Assembly: GCA_964304625.1 (NCBI GenBank)
Contig: OZ199839.1
Coordinates: 8,040,497-8,104,496, forward strand
DNA from: Kudoa neothunni
Taxonomy: Eukaryota > Animalia > Cnidaria
Direction: 5' to 3'
DNA: 64,000 nucleotides
Shown here: positions 36,204 through 50,100 of the stretch, piece by piece
Layout: each line of letters opens with the position of its first letter
Position numbering within the stretch: position 1 is the stretch's first letter
Translations under genes and position numbers: made by a program
The notes under the pieces: generated by a model
What the model was told of the DNA's origin: nothing
Database searches by the model: none
What the model saw: the letters and a program-made list of their open reading frames with translations, nothing else

Positions 36204-36679
36204 ATTTTTTTTGTTTACAAGGTAAAACCCTTGACGCAACTTGTTAGGTTGAGGAATTCTGGTTGATCAGACCTCTTCCATTAACGCTTTAGGCACCGCA
36301 GGACGTAACATGAAACCCCGTCGCTTATCTTTATGCGGTAGTGTGGGACTTTAACCCACAAAACATCCTCGTCTCAGGGCGACCACCACCCCAAACCCTA
36401 TCCCTTTAAGGACGTTGGCTCTGCGGGAACTGCAAATCATTTTGCCTTTCGATGGGTTCCGGAGATTTAAACTCCTATTCACGCTCACCCCCACTTCACG
36501 CAAATCTGGCTGCCAGTGCATCCCACCCCACAGCGAGCGTACACGTTAATCACAGCTCCCAAATATGGGATAGAGACCCACCGACACGGAAGCAGTAGTC
36601 TGACCACCGGCGGATTCGAATGCATTACCTCAAGGTTCTGAGTCCGAGTGTCACACCAATGTGCTATCTGTCCACGGGC
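36204..36679 (-). mobile_element. tRNA-derived SINE, copy 2
   Basis: Reverse complement aligns end to end with 14337-14787 and ends in an A-rich tail (GTAAACAAAAAAA). Confidence 0.8.
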
Positions 36680-36689
36680 TCTTCTCCTT

Positions 36690-37225
36690 TCTTATATTGG
36701 ATGAAGACTGCACCAATGTGGATATTAAAATAGAGACAATTAACTCTCGAAAACTCAAATCTTTTTTCCATAAATGATCCCGACAAATTTTGATTCGATG
36801 TATCAGAAAAAGAATTGGCGATGTTCCTAAATATCCATTAATTTCAAAATTAATGATGAGCTTGCTCTCATTACCTTTCTTCTTCTGCTTGTTCCGAAAG
36901 AATAGTTTTCCAATTGAACATAATCAAAACGAAAAATAGATCATTATTGAAGATCGAAACATTAAACAGCTTGATTTATTCTAAAAGTTTATTTTATAAT
37001 AAACTTTGTACAAAATGGAATCTGCCTGAAAATTTAGTAACATCGTTCATAGAGAGAAACCTTTACGACGATAATTGTAATTACACAATTTCATTTTATA
37101 TAAATTAAAAAACATTTTAAATAACTACATTTTTTTTACGTTTTAATCTCTTTTTTGCGGCGATTAACTGTTGATACATTTTACTTGATTTCGGTACATT
37201 TTTCATAAATCTGCTGACAACCCTG
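36690..37225 (+). mobile_element. 3' remnant of a hAT transposon (C-terminal dimerisation region plus TIR)
   Basis: SSACSERIVFQLNIIKTKNRSLL at ~36882-36950 matches the hAT C-terminal SxxxERxFS..K...R..L pattern. Ends CTGACAACCCTG. Left coordinate approximate. Confidence 0.7.
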
Positions 37226-37824
37226 GCTCGAGGGGACTCAACGGGTCGTGGGCACCTCGAACCCGATTCCTATTTTAGTGCTCACGGCCCGTCCGCCACT
37301 GTATTATTTAATGATATAATTTAAATAAAATGATTGTAGAATAATATCGTTGTATAAATTCGAAGGGACAAAATTTTTCCCTGCAGCGCTCGCGTGAAAA
37401 GTTCGAAAAATCGGTTACCTACTGTAGCACGCTCCCGAGGAAACCCGTAGTTTTCGTGCTAGTATTACATAATTTAATAAAGTTATCAATGTCAAAAGAA
37501 TCACATATATTCTTTTCTTTTTGACTGTATATATGTGAATAGATATATATGGTGTGGAATAAATTTCAGGTCGATTTCCTTCTAATTATAAAGAATGTGT
37601 CTAATTTCCGTGATATTCCTTTGAATTAATATTCAGGATAATAAAATTATTATCCTTCAAAATATTTGTTAAGATCAATTAATATTTCCGAAATATTTGT
37701 ATTGATGTTTCATTGGGTTTAAAGCGAACATTAATTCTGTGTATATATGTATTAATTATAATCCGGTTAAAATTTTGATTTTTATATTGAACGAAAACTA
37801 TCGTTATTTCTTTTGCAAAATATA

Positions 37825-40681
37825 ATGAAAGACTCTGTTTACGTTTTAAGAATTTGTACTTATCTGACGTGTATATACACACAAACGGTCCTGGGAGGTG
37901 CTTCAAATCCAACTACTACTGAAACCCCTTTAATTTATAAACTTGTGGAAGAGAGCAATCAATTAAACGTTAATTTTATATTAAATGGAAATTATTATAC
38001 TGGGGACAAGAAATGTCATATAAAAAAAGCTGATGATGATGGCACGAAACCTTGTTGAAATTGCTACATGCCCCGGTGATGCTTATACAACAGATGGTGA
38101 AAAATGTGTTTGGACATGTTCAGGAAGTACCAATAAGCTAGCTTTTGACAAGTTCTCCCCAAAGACTAAATATATCGCTATCTTTAGCGATAATGACGCA
38201 GCGACCGCGGCTTCGAAAAATAATAATGGGATTGTATTTGGATTGGAATTTTGTAACTAAAGGATCTGTGTTCAGTAAATTTCCTTTAGCATTACTGGTG
38301 AATCCGCGAGTTTCAATAACAAGGGAGGGGAAAAAACTGAAATTGAGCACAAAAGCTTGTAACTCGGTGAAATGTCCCATATTTTACAAGGGCGTGATAT
38401 ATGATGAGGGAACAACTCAGAGAAGTGGCATTGCAAATATTGAAAGTGAAATGGAGTTTAATTTGATGATTCCACATTATGCAATGAAATGCGATAATTA
38501 TCCCAGTTTCTTTTACACCCTGCAAAATAAATACACTCTTTTTAACATAGATGTTTATCAACCACAATATTACGTGACCTCTAGTTCGAGTGCTCCAACG
38601 AAGTATATGCTAAAATTTACAAACAAATTTCCCTTCGAAACGTGTCTTTTCAGTATAAGAGAAGTGCCAACAGCAGGTAGTAACGGTGGATACACATCGA
38701 AATGTGGTTCAGCAGATAAATGTTATGCGCCATGTAATAATGTTGAACTTGAATTCACAGCATCCAAGTCTGTTGTTGAAATATCGATTAAAACCAGACA
38801 CGTACCACTGACCATCAATAACATCCCTTATATTGGGTATATTCAAAAAAAATATGGTAATCCAAAAACATTTTAACTATGATAATCTTCTTATAGTTGT
38901 CATCGAAACTACTGCTCCTACCTTATTGTCAGAGCATTCATCTACTGGTGTTAAGTTAAATGTTCCCTTGTTTCAATCACAAGCTGCTGTTAAATTTTCT
39001 GGATGTACTGTAACTTATTATGAAGCAGACAAACCAAAACCTGCTGACCTTGTTCCTGATGGGGCGAAATGTGGAACTGGTAAAACAGACTGTGGCAACG
39101 AGTGCACGACTGCTCTAGAAATTACAGGATTGGATAGTGGAAAACCATATATTCTTGAAATTGCAGCTGGTAATAACGCTAGCCCTCTTCAAGATTTTAA
39201 AGAACGTGTATTCTTTCGAACAGGTACTATAATCGAAAAAAATATTCTTTTAAATAAATATATAGCAAAGAAATCTGATCCAACCTTTTCTGAAACAACT
39301 CCAACAGTAACGGATACAACCGCGTCTGTTAAAGCAATAGATGTAACTGGTACAATCACAAAAGACGACAAAACTTGTGCTTACTATATAAGCCCTCATA
39401 GAAAAGATGTATATGTGTGTGCAATGTGCGAAGATAGTTATCCTTGCAGGGGTTTTTGCAAGGATTCTCAAAAAATTATTGGGTTAATGCCTGGAACCGA
39501 ATATGACCTAAAGGTAGTTGCACATGAGGATTATGGAGAAAAAGAACATAAAATCACAACGAGTATATAAATTGATGAATTCTAATTATATAACTAATTA
39601 TGTTTCAAGCTTTGTCAACGCTCACACTAAAATCGGAATTTATAGACAAAGGCTTTAAGGTGATAGGTGTACTTTCAACACCATATCCTACGGCTGTTTG
39701 TCACTATAAAGTAAACGTAAAAAAAGGGAGTGAATCCGAGTTGGTCTACCAATGCCCACCATTGGCTTCTACAGCAAACACTGGAGCAACCTCTAAAGTA
39801 TCCAAGACTACTAAAATAGCACTAGCTAGGACAACTAATGGACACCAACCACAGAACGTGCCGCCTCCAAATAAAAAACCAGAAATCACTCCATGCACAC
39901 AACCTCCATTGTGCACTGATATTATATTCAAAGAAGGATACGAAGCAGACAAGGAATATGTAGTTTTGGTTACTGCTGTCGGCAGATCTGCAGAAACTAC
40001 CATCAAAATACCCATAAGTAATAAAAAATCTAATTCTAAATTCATATCGTTTATATTTTAATTACATTTTTAAAATTATATACATTAATTTTTTATTATA
40101 CTAAACTTTAATTTAGGCCCACAGTCCATCCCCACTAATATCCAATCAAATTAACTGTGGTGTTTACAAGAGAAGGCGAAAACCATAAAAGTTAAAAACT
40201 TCTCTTCCTACAGAGCGTTGATGAGCAGTCGTTATGCAAATGGGAATTGAAAAATTGGGATGATCCATCCAAACCAATCGTCCAAAAATGCATGGCAACT
40301 GGTGAACAAGGTTGTTCAGCTTTTCCATCATGCAAGGAATTTTCAATTTCAAATGTGGATAACACCAACAATTATCGTTTGATGTTATATCATAGTACAG
40401 ATAGCAACATCTCTGGTTTTGTCGAATCCAGAAAGGTACTTGAAAAAATGTTACTGGTCATTATTTCTGATAATTTGATTAGATGATGAATCAAACAAAT
40501 CCATGTAACATCAAGTTGTTAAATTATAATTGATTTATTTTAGGTCAAAAAAATACAATGTACTTATTGATGGAGATATCTTGTTAATCAATTATTTTAG
40601 AATTATTGCTGTAGTAGTTCCAGTGCTCATCATTGTTGTTGGTGTGGATTCTATTTCGGATACTGGAAAAATAAAAACTAG
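37825..40681 (+). CDS. Family A copy A4 (intron 1 lost by deletion; several single-base frameshifts)
   Basis: ATG 37825 (MKDSVYVLRICTYLTCIYTQ...). ORFs 38145-38876, 38833-39570 and 39600-40061 match A2 exons. TM exon at ~40601-40681. Indels at ~38048, 40140-40215, ~40427 and ~40647. Confidence 0.8.
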
Positions 40682-40744
40682 ATTTTTATTTATGAAGAAT
40701 GCTTTCACAAGCTGACGTTCGATTTAGCGACCGTAATTAATATC

Positions 40745-41430
40745 ATAGATATTAATTATCTATTGTATTTCTTCAGCTATAACTTTTAAAATCTGAATAT
40801 GTATTTTCATGCATATTTATTATTTCGAAAATTGTTTCTGTCTTTATTCTATATCATTTATTATGGGACAACTAAATCCAATTTTTTCAATATTCGATTA
40901 ATTATATTTAAATGTAATAATAAATCTTATTTGTTTAGGTTGTTTTATTTGACAAAAAGTTGAAAATCATTATACCAGTTAAAAGTACCCATATTTAATC
41001 TTCAAAGTAATTTTTAGATATGTTAAAATATTTATCGTTTTTAAACTAGGCGATACGTTTACAAAGCTGTAATAATTGATGTTATGGAACCAACAATTTA
41101 TGGGCTAACATTAAATCTTTTTTATTGTCATTTAAAATTCAAGTGTTGTATCGAATATTATTTCATGTAGCACACGTGTGTCTTAAAATGAGTAAATAGA
41201 TAAATTTATCAATATGAGCACTCTCAATTGATTTTAAGTTTCTGGATAAATTATCTAGTCCAAGCATTTTTATATTTGGACAAAACTCTAAAACCTGATT
41301 AATAATTAATATTTTATTCATTCAAAATGAGGCTAAATAATTTTATCGCGTATTTTACACAACATGCATAAATCATTTAATACATTATCAATATACATTA
41401 TTAACTTACTTATCTCTTCAAAATTAATCC
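40745..41430. repeat. Inverted near-identical copy of ~895-1590 (3' flank shared by A1 and A4)
   Basis: For example, gtgtcttaaaatgagtaaatagataaatttatcaatat at ~41178 is the reverse complement of ~1109-1146; collinear throughout. Confidence 0.85.
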
Positions 41431-41655
41431 CATTTAATTTAGGCAGTGGCTATTACCACGCTAGCGTATAATCCCATGTCGAGGCTGTCAATTGCCACGA
41501 AAGCGAATTTCTCCTAATATTTTGATTTCTTAGACCTATAACTTTCATTACCACTTAAACATTTTTTATATTAAATTTTAAATTTTCGTGTTAAAATTTA
41601 CCATCTAGATTTTACAATAAAGATCAATCTTTATGCTGGGTTTAACAAAAATCTG

Positions 41656-43852
41656 GGCTAAATTCCAGTCAGTGTCGCCAACCGTGTCCGATTTCGGACA
41701 AATTAGTCAAAATTGTCCAATTTTTTCCATGTCGTATTTTATCCGATTTTTAGTCTTGTTCTTCGAAAGTCTGAATAATCGCAAAACAAAGTTTCAAAGA
41801 TTGGAGTTTTTGCAAATTCCCAAAAAATGGAATCTAATCGTTACTGATTTCATGACGAGAAATCTTCGAGTAGAAAATTTTATACTTGGAACAATGCTTT
41901 ATTTCGAATTAAAATGCCTGCAATAGATGTTCACCAAACACAAGACACAGTTAAGAATTTTAATAAGTCTTAAAGCCCATGTAATACAAAATTGAGCTTA
42001 GAAAAACATGCCAAAAATTTATCAAAATGAACACATTTTTAAATTTTATGCTCCCGTTAAGACCAATATTTTGGATTTTTTACCATTATCATTATTGACG
42101 GCAATACACCGTTTTATCATGACCATGAACCATTTTGGAATTATTACGAAGAGATTTTTGTGCTTGAATTTAAAAGACTCATGATGGTGATATCTAATTG
42201 TAAGTTATCATTACAAGTGTTTGTTATCAATTTTCAAAAAATTCCAATTTTAGGTATTACCTAAAAAAATGAAAATTTAACTAAATTTTAACTACTTGAC
42301 TAATTTTTCTTAATTTTAATGAATGAATGGTCGCACATAAAAACGAAACCTCATCTGGGTATAGTTGTTACATGAAATTTAAAAGTTGGACGATAGACTG
42401 TAATAGAATTGTTTGAAATTAGAGGAATTTAATAGGTTAAAACAAGGTTTGTTAGACTAAATTATTAATAATCGCCTTTTTAGCCATTGTTTATCGGCAA
42501 ATAAATTTTAATTCTATCGGAAAATACCACACATCTTTATTTCCCCATGCTCTGATCAACGCTTCTCCGGAAGCAGCACTTTCTCTTTTGGAATTATCGA
42601 ACACATCAGAAGAAATAGAATGTTGTGCTCTACATTAGATAATCTTGTTCTAATGAGGAATTTTTTCAACACATTGACAAAATGATGCCATAAATTTGAG
42701 GTTTCTGAGTTAATTATAAATTAACGTAATATTTATACATATAATTAAATATTAGTTTCGTTTTTACAAAAAATCTGATTTGTCCGATTTGCGTTGGCGG
42801 CACTGATTTCAGTGACTGCGACACGCTTCGGAGATATTAGTAACTGGTCGTTATATTTGTGGCGCGGCTAATCTTAACAAGAAAATATATACTTTCGTGA
42901 ACAGTAACGATATCACTAATTTGGATTATGGTTATTTCCACGATGATTTAGATTATACAATAAAGACATTACAAAGTCTTGGATTGATACCAAGTTTTTC
43001 TAAATGTTTGTGTGGCGGTCAAAATTTTTTTGCTAAAAGAAAAGATACTGATGATTGATATCAGTATAAATACATTTTATGCAGAAAAAGATAGATTCAA
43101 AAGGGAACAATTTTTGAAATATCTAGACTTCTGTTGCGGAAGATCTTCATATTTATCGTTTCTATAATTCAGCACTCATCCATGACTTATGAGGATATTC
43201 GAAAATATGTTAGAATATCATCAAATTCCACCATATGTGAATGGAAAAATGTAATATATGATTTTGTGACCTTTAAATTGGATGAGGAATCTCCAAAAAT
43301 TGGCGGACGGGGAGTTATCTTTCAAATTGATGAGACTGTCATATCTAAAAGAAAATACAACATGGAAAGGATTCTTCGTAATCAACAATATTGGATGGTT
43401 GGTGGTATCGACGAGAATGGAAATTGTTTTTTACGCTTAACACAACCAAGAAATAAAGACATACCTGTAAGAATTATCCTTGACAACGTCGAAGAAGAGT
43501 CGATCATTTGGACGGACGGTTGGAAAGGATATAATAGCTTGACAATGTTGGGTTCTGTGCATGGGTAATTATTCACGGATGGAAGTTCGTTTCCTCCGAG
43601 GGAACACATTCTAATCCAATTAAACCTACTTGGGGAGCTTTTAAGCGTAAATATCGGAGCGCAACAAATAAAAACCCAGAGACTCTTCCTCACTATGTGG
43701 CCGACTTTAAGTATCGAAGAAAATATTCCGGCAAAGAATTATCATCATTATTTAAATATATAATGATTAACAATAATATATTTTAATTTTTACGATGTTT
43801 CTGAAGTTTGTCTATTTTACCCGAAACGAGCCACAGTCATTGTAATTTAGCC
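41656..43852 (+). mobile_element. Merlin (ISXO2/IS1595-related) transposon, interrupted by a hAT insertion in its left TIR
   Basis: Perfect 8-bp TSD AAAATCTG on both sides. TIR GGCTAAATT[..]CAGTGACTGCGACACGCTTCGG / CCGAAACGAGCCACAGTCATTGTAATTTAGCC. ORF 43134-43568 contains KIGGRGVIFQIDETVISKRKYN...WMVGGID...IWTDGWKGY. Confidence 0.9.
41670..42805. mobile_element. Non-autonomous hAT element nested in Merlin
   Basis: TIRs CAGTGTCGCCAAC / GTTGGCGGCACTG; 8-bp TSD ATTCCAGT / ATTTCAGT. Confidence 0.8.
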
Positions 43853-44875
43853 AAAATCTGTGACTTAAAAATCTAAAATATCAGTTTATTTATATAAAAA
43901 ATATGGTCGTTTAAATAATTTTTGATTTTATTTTATCACAATTAAATATTTCTAGACTGTTTTGGGTCCTAATTCGATGATCTATCCTCAAATCGACTTA
44001 ACTAAATCATATCTATTATAAGTACATAACCTGTATATGCATATATATACATTTTTTTGTTCATTAAAAGAAATCTAGTATCTAAATTTTTGGATTATGA
44101 TATTTACCTGACTTTTTAGGGTACTTTAAAACGGATAACTCTAAAAAGGGTATTGGAGTGTTATGAAAATAAACTTACAAAACTTGTAATACTTATAATT
44201 ATGAATTATGTTTATATGTTATATTTAACATTAATGATTATAAATAATAAATAATTTTGCCGCACTTATGTGAATTTTTTTGATATTTATAATATGCGAG
44301 AATAAGAAATAATATAAGGCAGTGCTGAGAATAATATCTTTTAAGTAGAAAGATTTATCTCGTTTCATCAACTAGAAGATTCTTTAAAGTCTTACGAAAA
44401 AAAATCACTATGTAACTTAATAGATAGAAATAAAAAAATTATTTATATCAAACGTTTTCTCTTCCAAAAAATTTAATGGGGAATTAAAACACTGTTATAT
44501 TTAATACATTTGTTATTTTGGCAACCATTATTGTAATAGAGCAAAGGGTGTAAGAGAGGCTAAAACATTGTGAGGCACCTGCCAGACTCATTTAGGTAGG
44601 AGTCAGTTCCGATGGAAAAAAACTTGAAGTAAAATTTTTACAACTAGCACATAACCACAGGAGAAATCGTGTTTTCTTCAAATGTGCCGCCACAACGCAA
44701 ATTACACAGCAATAATAAATTAATATCAGAATTAATTTCTGTTTGCCAATGAAAGAATGCTGCCTGTCTAAAATACAAAAAGCAACGGGTGTAATAATTA
44801 CTCTCAAGTCCATACATTACACGGAAAATATATTTTCATAACGTAATGGAATAAACTTTTTCTATAAGATTTTAA

Positions 44876-47100
44876 CCCTCCTAAGTCACATGAAAATTTA
44901 TACCTTCCAAGTATAATTGGGGTCCAGAAGACCTCACATTTTTATTTGATAAAATAATAATATGTATTTTAGAAGTTTTTAAAATATTTGATAGATTATA
45001 TCTTCGGTAATTTCATAAATGACATCATGTAAATTAACATGATGTAATATTGGTGTACGCATGTGGCAAATGATAAAGAAATATTTTAACCACGGGCGTA
45101 TGTATTACTTTCGAGATCGCATATGTTCTATAAACATAACTCAAAATTCAGCTCATGTAGTAAAATTAATTTTTTATATAATTTTCGCTTAAAGTGATCA
45201 AGAATATCATAATCCCGGCATAGACTATTGCATAAAACAGGTAAACGTAGAAACACAGGAAATTTTTCCTTAGGGCAGAAACGACGCTTAAAAAATCCAC
45301 CTAAATATGCCATAGTTCAATCAACATGGAAACAATTACCGGACTGTTTTGTTATCTCAATATTTTCCATACCCAGGGGTCGGCAACCGATATGGCTGAA
45401 AGAGCCAATTATTGATGGTGCGAAAAATTTTTTTACTTCTGGAATCGCACATTCAGTTTAGGATCGAAAATAAAAATATTTAATTTTGAAATCAGGAATA
45501 CATAACATTTCAGAAAAATATGGAGAAAAAATCCAATTAGTCAATTTACGCGTTTTTCGATAACTAATTAAACCTATTATTTTTATTATTAGTATTTAAA
45601 TGCAGGGAGAAATAATAAAAAACAAAAAAAGTATACACTTGAAATTTGTCTGATTATTTCAAATAATATTGTATTACGTTTTTGGAAATTTCCCATTATG
45701 AAGAATTAGATATTTAACCATTGTCGTATATACAACAAATATACCATATAAAATTCACTTTCATGGATGTTATTGTCAAAAAAAAGAAATTTCAACCATA
45801 TAATTTAATCTTTTAAACTTGAAAGAGATACTTTTCTAGTGTATTTTCATGAATTTAGTTATTTTTACGACACGCTATATTGGGTTTTCTTCGCATTAAA
45901 ACTAAAGAACGTTCATTATTACAAGAAAATTCTTTGTAATGGATAAAATTTAATGAAAACGTGTATAGCTACATTTTTATGTAAAAAAGTTGATTAAACA
46001 AAATTTTTAAATTGGAAAAACTATCCACACTTTTATGAGTCTAATTTAAAGATTTAAAAAAGTTGTGCATATAAACAAATAAGATTTATTTGTATAATAT
46101 TCGAAAATTTACTTTTAAATAGTTTCACTTTAATAATAACCTTTTTATTAGGGAAAAATGTTTATTAAGGACAAAATAATTTGTTGATTTCAAATCATAG
46201 ATAAAATTAAGAACATTTCGAGTTATTTTGTCTCGTTAATTATTGCATAAGCATAGGACGATGTTCTATGAGGAATTTAATGTTTATATGTTATTTATTT
46301 TTGTTGAATCTTTCCTTTCTATATCTAACTTTTAAGTTGAAAATTAAGAGAATTAGTTCAAGTTGGTGAAACTGGAGTACCATACAATCATTTCAATACT
46401 CATATTTTCATTAAAAATGATTTGTCTGATGAAAATTTAAAATTTGAACGCAATAATGAGTTCAACGACTAGGAATTACATAATACCTTCGCATTTTAAC
46501 ATTAGATATTGTAGTTTATATTATGTACGTAAGGTGGGGAGCCACAGGTTGCCAACCCCTGTTCCATACCATCAAAATGTGAAACTCTCGTTATATAGAG
46601 AAATTTATGTAGTGAGAATAAAGCACGATACATCTTTCCTTCTTCTAATCCAAATATCTCTTTAACCGATTCTCGATTATCCCTGTGATATCCCATCAGA
46701 AATAAACATCTAATGAAACCCATCCAATTCGATGCATCTATCACCAAAATTTTTCCACCCATGTACTGGTATATTTTAACATAATGGCGTACATAACAGA
46801 TCTAAATATTATTCGGAAAGTATAAATTGTATTTGTAATAAAAAAAACGGAAAGACACTAGGACGACTATTCATAATATTTGTAACACTTGTTCTGGATG
46901 CCAACGACGGGTTCATCGACCATAACATTCAGTTCTTGTGTATTAGTGAGTTAAGTTGTATGTCTGTATCAATATCAAATTTTTCTAACGATAAATAATC
47001 ATGAAAAGAAGAAAATAAATTTTACTCTAAATACTCATCTCGTTTCGATGAAACACGTTATGGATGAACAAAATTTGCCCGAAAAACTAACTATAAAGAT
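44876..47100 (-). mobile_element. Internally deleted piggyBac remnant interrupted by a hAT element
   Basis: TTAA-CCC end at 44872-44878 with a GGGGTC..GACC subterminal motif. ORF 46502-46762 (IDASNWMGFIRCLFLMGYHRDNRESVKEIFG.EEG..YRALFS..KF....HFD) resembles the piggyBac ORF 57185-57712. Right boundary not determined. Confidence 0.65.
45373..46561. mobile_element. Non-autonomous hAT element
   Basis: TIRs CAGGGGTCGGCAACC / GGTTGCCAACCCCTG; 8-bp TSD TTCCATAC. Confidence 0.85.
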
Positions 47101-50100
47101 TTACTCTAATAAGGTAGTTAGTCATTTTTAATTATAATGAAGGACTAAAATTAAAAATCACATTAAACTTGATTTTTTAAAAATTTGCAACCCCATGATC
47201 CTTTGAAATCTTGGATCAATTTTAACAAATGAAAAAATATGGAATTTTGTAACCGAATATTTTAAACGAATCCAAATAATTCCATTTCATTAAAAATTTC
47301 CGAAACTAATGAATATTTGTTTATTTACAAAATAAGAATGTGTACCTTCAACGGAAATTTTCTTTACATAAAACTTAAATTAGTTACAATTAAATAAGAA
47401 TAAAATGTTCCATATTTTCCATAGCAAATGTAGAAAACTTTGAGCTAAATTTTTTCAATGCCAATTTATTTGGAGAAACATAGATTAGGTGAGAAAAGTG
47501 TATTTTCATAATAAACTTTATTGATATTAAAGTAGGAAATATTTTATAAGATATTTTATCAGTTAAAATCATATTGTGGAGAAAGTCACTCAAATCATTT
47601 TTTTTATATTTCGTTTGTATGCAAACTAGGAGATTAATTTTGAAGAGTAAAATAAGTTAATAATGTATATATGATAATGCGTTGAATGATTCATGTAGGT
47701 TATATAAAGTATGTGATATAATTATTTAATTTCCTTTTGAATGAATAAACAAAATGTTAATTATTAATGAGGTTTTTAAAGTTATCCCCGAATCTAAAAA
47801 TGTTTGGAACTAGGGAACTTATCTAGAAACTTAAAAATCAATTGAGAGTGTTCATATTGATAAATAACCTACTTAGTAATTGATGACACACATGTACTGC
47901 ATAAAATATATATTCGATACAATATTTGAATTTTCAATAGTAATAAAAAGATTTTATATCTGCTCATAAACTGTTGGTTCCATTGCATCAATTATTGCGC
48001 CTTTGTAAACTTATTATCGTCTAATTTAAAAAAGATAAATATTTTGAAATTTCTAAAATTAATTTGGAGATTAAATATATATAATTTTAACTGGTATAAT
48101 GATTTTCAACTTCTTGTCAAATAAAACAACCTAAACAAATAAGATTTATTATTAGATGTAAATATAATTATTCGAATATTGAAAAAATAATATTAATTTT
48201 CTCACATAAAATAAAGAAATACAATTAAAAAAAATATGCGTGAAACTAAATAATTATGTTCCTAATAGTAATGAATGAAGAAATCTAATAGATAGCTAAA
48301 ATTTGTTATTTTATGAATACAATCACCAAATCGAACGGAAATTCGTGAGAGTATTCTTCTAAAATAAAAATCTAGTTTTTATTTTTCCAGTATCCGAAAT
48401 AGAATCCAACGCCAACAACAATGATGAGCGCAGGAACTACTACAGCAATAATTCTAAAATAATTGATTAACAAAATATCTCCATTAAGAAGTACATTGTA
48501 TTTTTCGACCTAAAATAAATTAATAAATAAGAATTCAAAATTTTTATTTTACATGGATTTATTTGATTCATCATCTAATCAAAAATGAGAAATAGCGACC
48601 AACAACATTTTTTTCAACTACCTTTCTGGATTTCGACAAAACCAGTGATATTGTTATCCGTACTATGATACAACATTTAAACGGTAATTGTTGGTGTTAT
48701 CCACATTTGAATTGTAAATTCCTTGCATGATGGAAAAACAGAGCAAACCTTGTTCACCAGTTGTCATGCATTCTTGGACGATTGGTTTGGATGGATCATC
48801 CCAATTTTTCAATTCCCATTTGCATAACGACTGTTCATCAACGCCTGTAGGAAGAGAAGTTTTAACTTTTATGTTTTCGCCTTCTCTTGCAAACACCACA
48901 GTTAATTTGATTGGATTATTAGTGGCGGTAGGTTGTGGATCTAAATTAAAATTTAGTATAATAAGAATTAATTTACATATTTTAATGATTTAAAAATTTA
49001 ATTAATTTAGAATTAGATTTTTTATTACTTATGGATATATTGATGGTAGTTTCTGCAGATCTGCCGACAGCAGTAACCAAAACTACATATTCCTTGTCTG
49101 CTTCGTATCCTTCTTTGAATATAATATCAGTGCACAATGGAGGTTGTGTGCATGGAGTTATTTCGGTTTTTTTATTTGAAGATGGCAGACCTTGAGGTTG
49201 TTGTCTATTAGTTGATCTAGATAATCGCTATTTTAGAAGTTTTTGGTGCATTGGAGGATGGGCCAGTGTTAGTTGTTGATGACGGTGGTGGGCATTGATA
49301 GACCCAATTCGGATTCTTGTCCTTTCTTTACTTTTACTTTATATTGACAAACAGCTGTAGGATATGGTGTTGAAAGTACACCTGCCACCTTGAGCCTTTT
49401 TCTATAAATTCTGATTGTAGTGTGAGCGTTGACAAAGCTTGAAACATAATTAGTTATATAATTCGAGATCAATTTATTTATATACTTGTTATAATTCGGT
49501 GTATCTTATCCCCATATTCCTCATGAGCAATTACCTTTAGGTCATATTCAGTTCTAGGCATTAACCCAATAATTTTTTGAGAATCCTTACAAAAAACCCC
49601 TGCAAGGATAACTATCTTCGCATACGGCACACACATATACATCCTTTCCATGAGGGCTTATATAGTAAGCACAGGTCTTGTCTTGTGCGTTAAGTGGTCC
49701 AGTATCTGTTATTGCCTTAATTGATGCATTCGTATCCTTCACAATTGGTTTTGTTTCCGAAAAGGTAGAAGTGCCCTTTTTCTCTATTTATTCATCAAGA
49801 AATTTTTTTTCTATTGTGTTACCTGTACGAAAGAATATGTGTTCTTTAAAAACCTTGAAGAGGACTAGCGTCATTGTCTGCGGCAATTTCAAGAATATAT
49901 GGTTTCCCATTATCAAGCCCTGTAATCTCCAGAGAAGCAGTACACACGTTGTCACAGTTTGTTTTACCAGTTCCACATTTGCCCTCCAGGAGTAGTAGAT
50001 CTAGGTTTGTCTGCCTCAAAATAAGTTACAGTACAAGTAGAAAATTTAGGCTCATTTGTTGGTTGAAACAACTGAACATTTAATCTAACACCAGTAGGTG

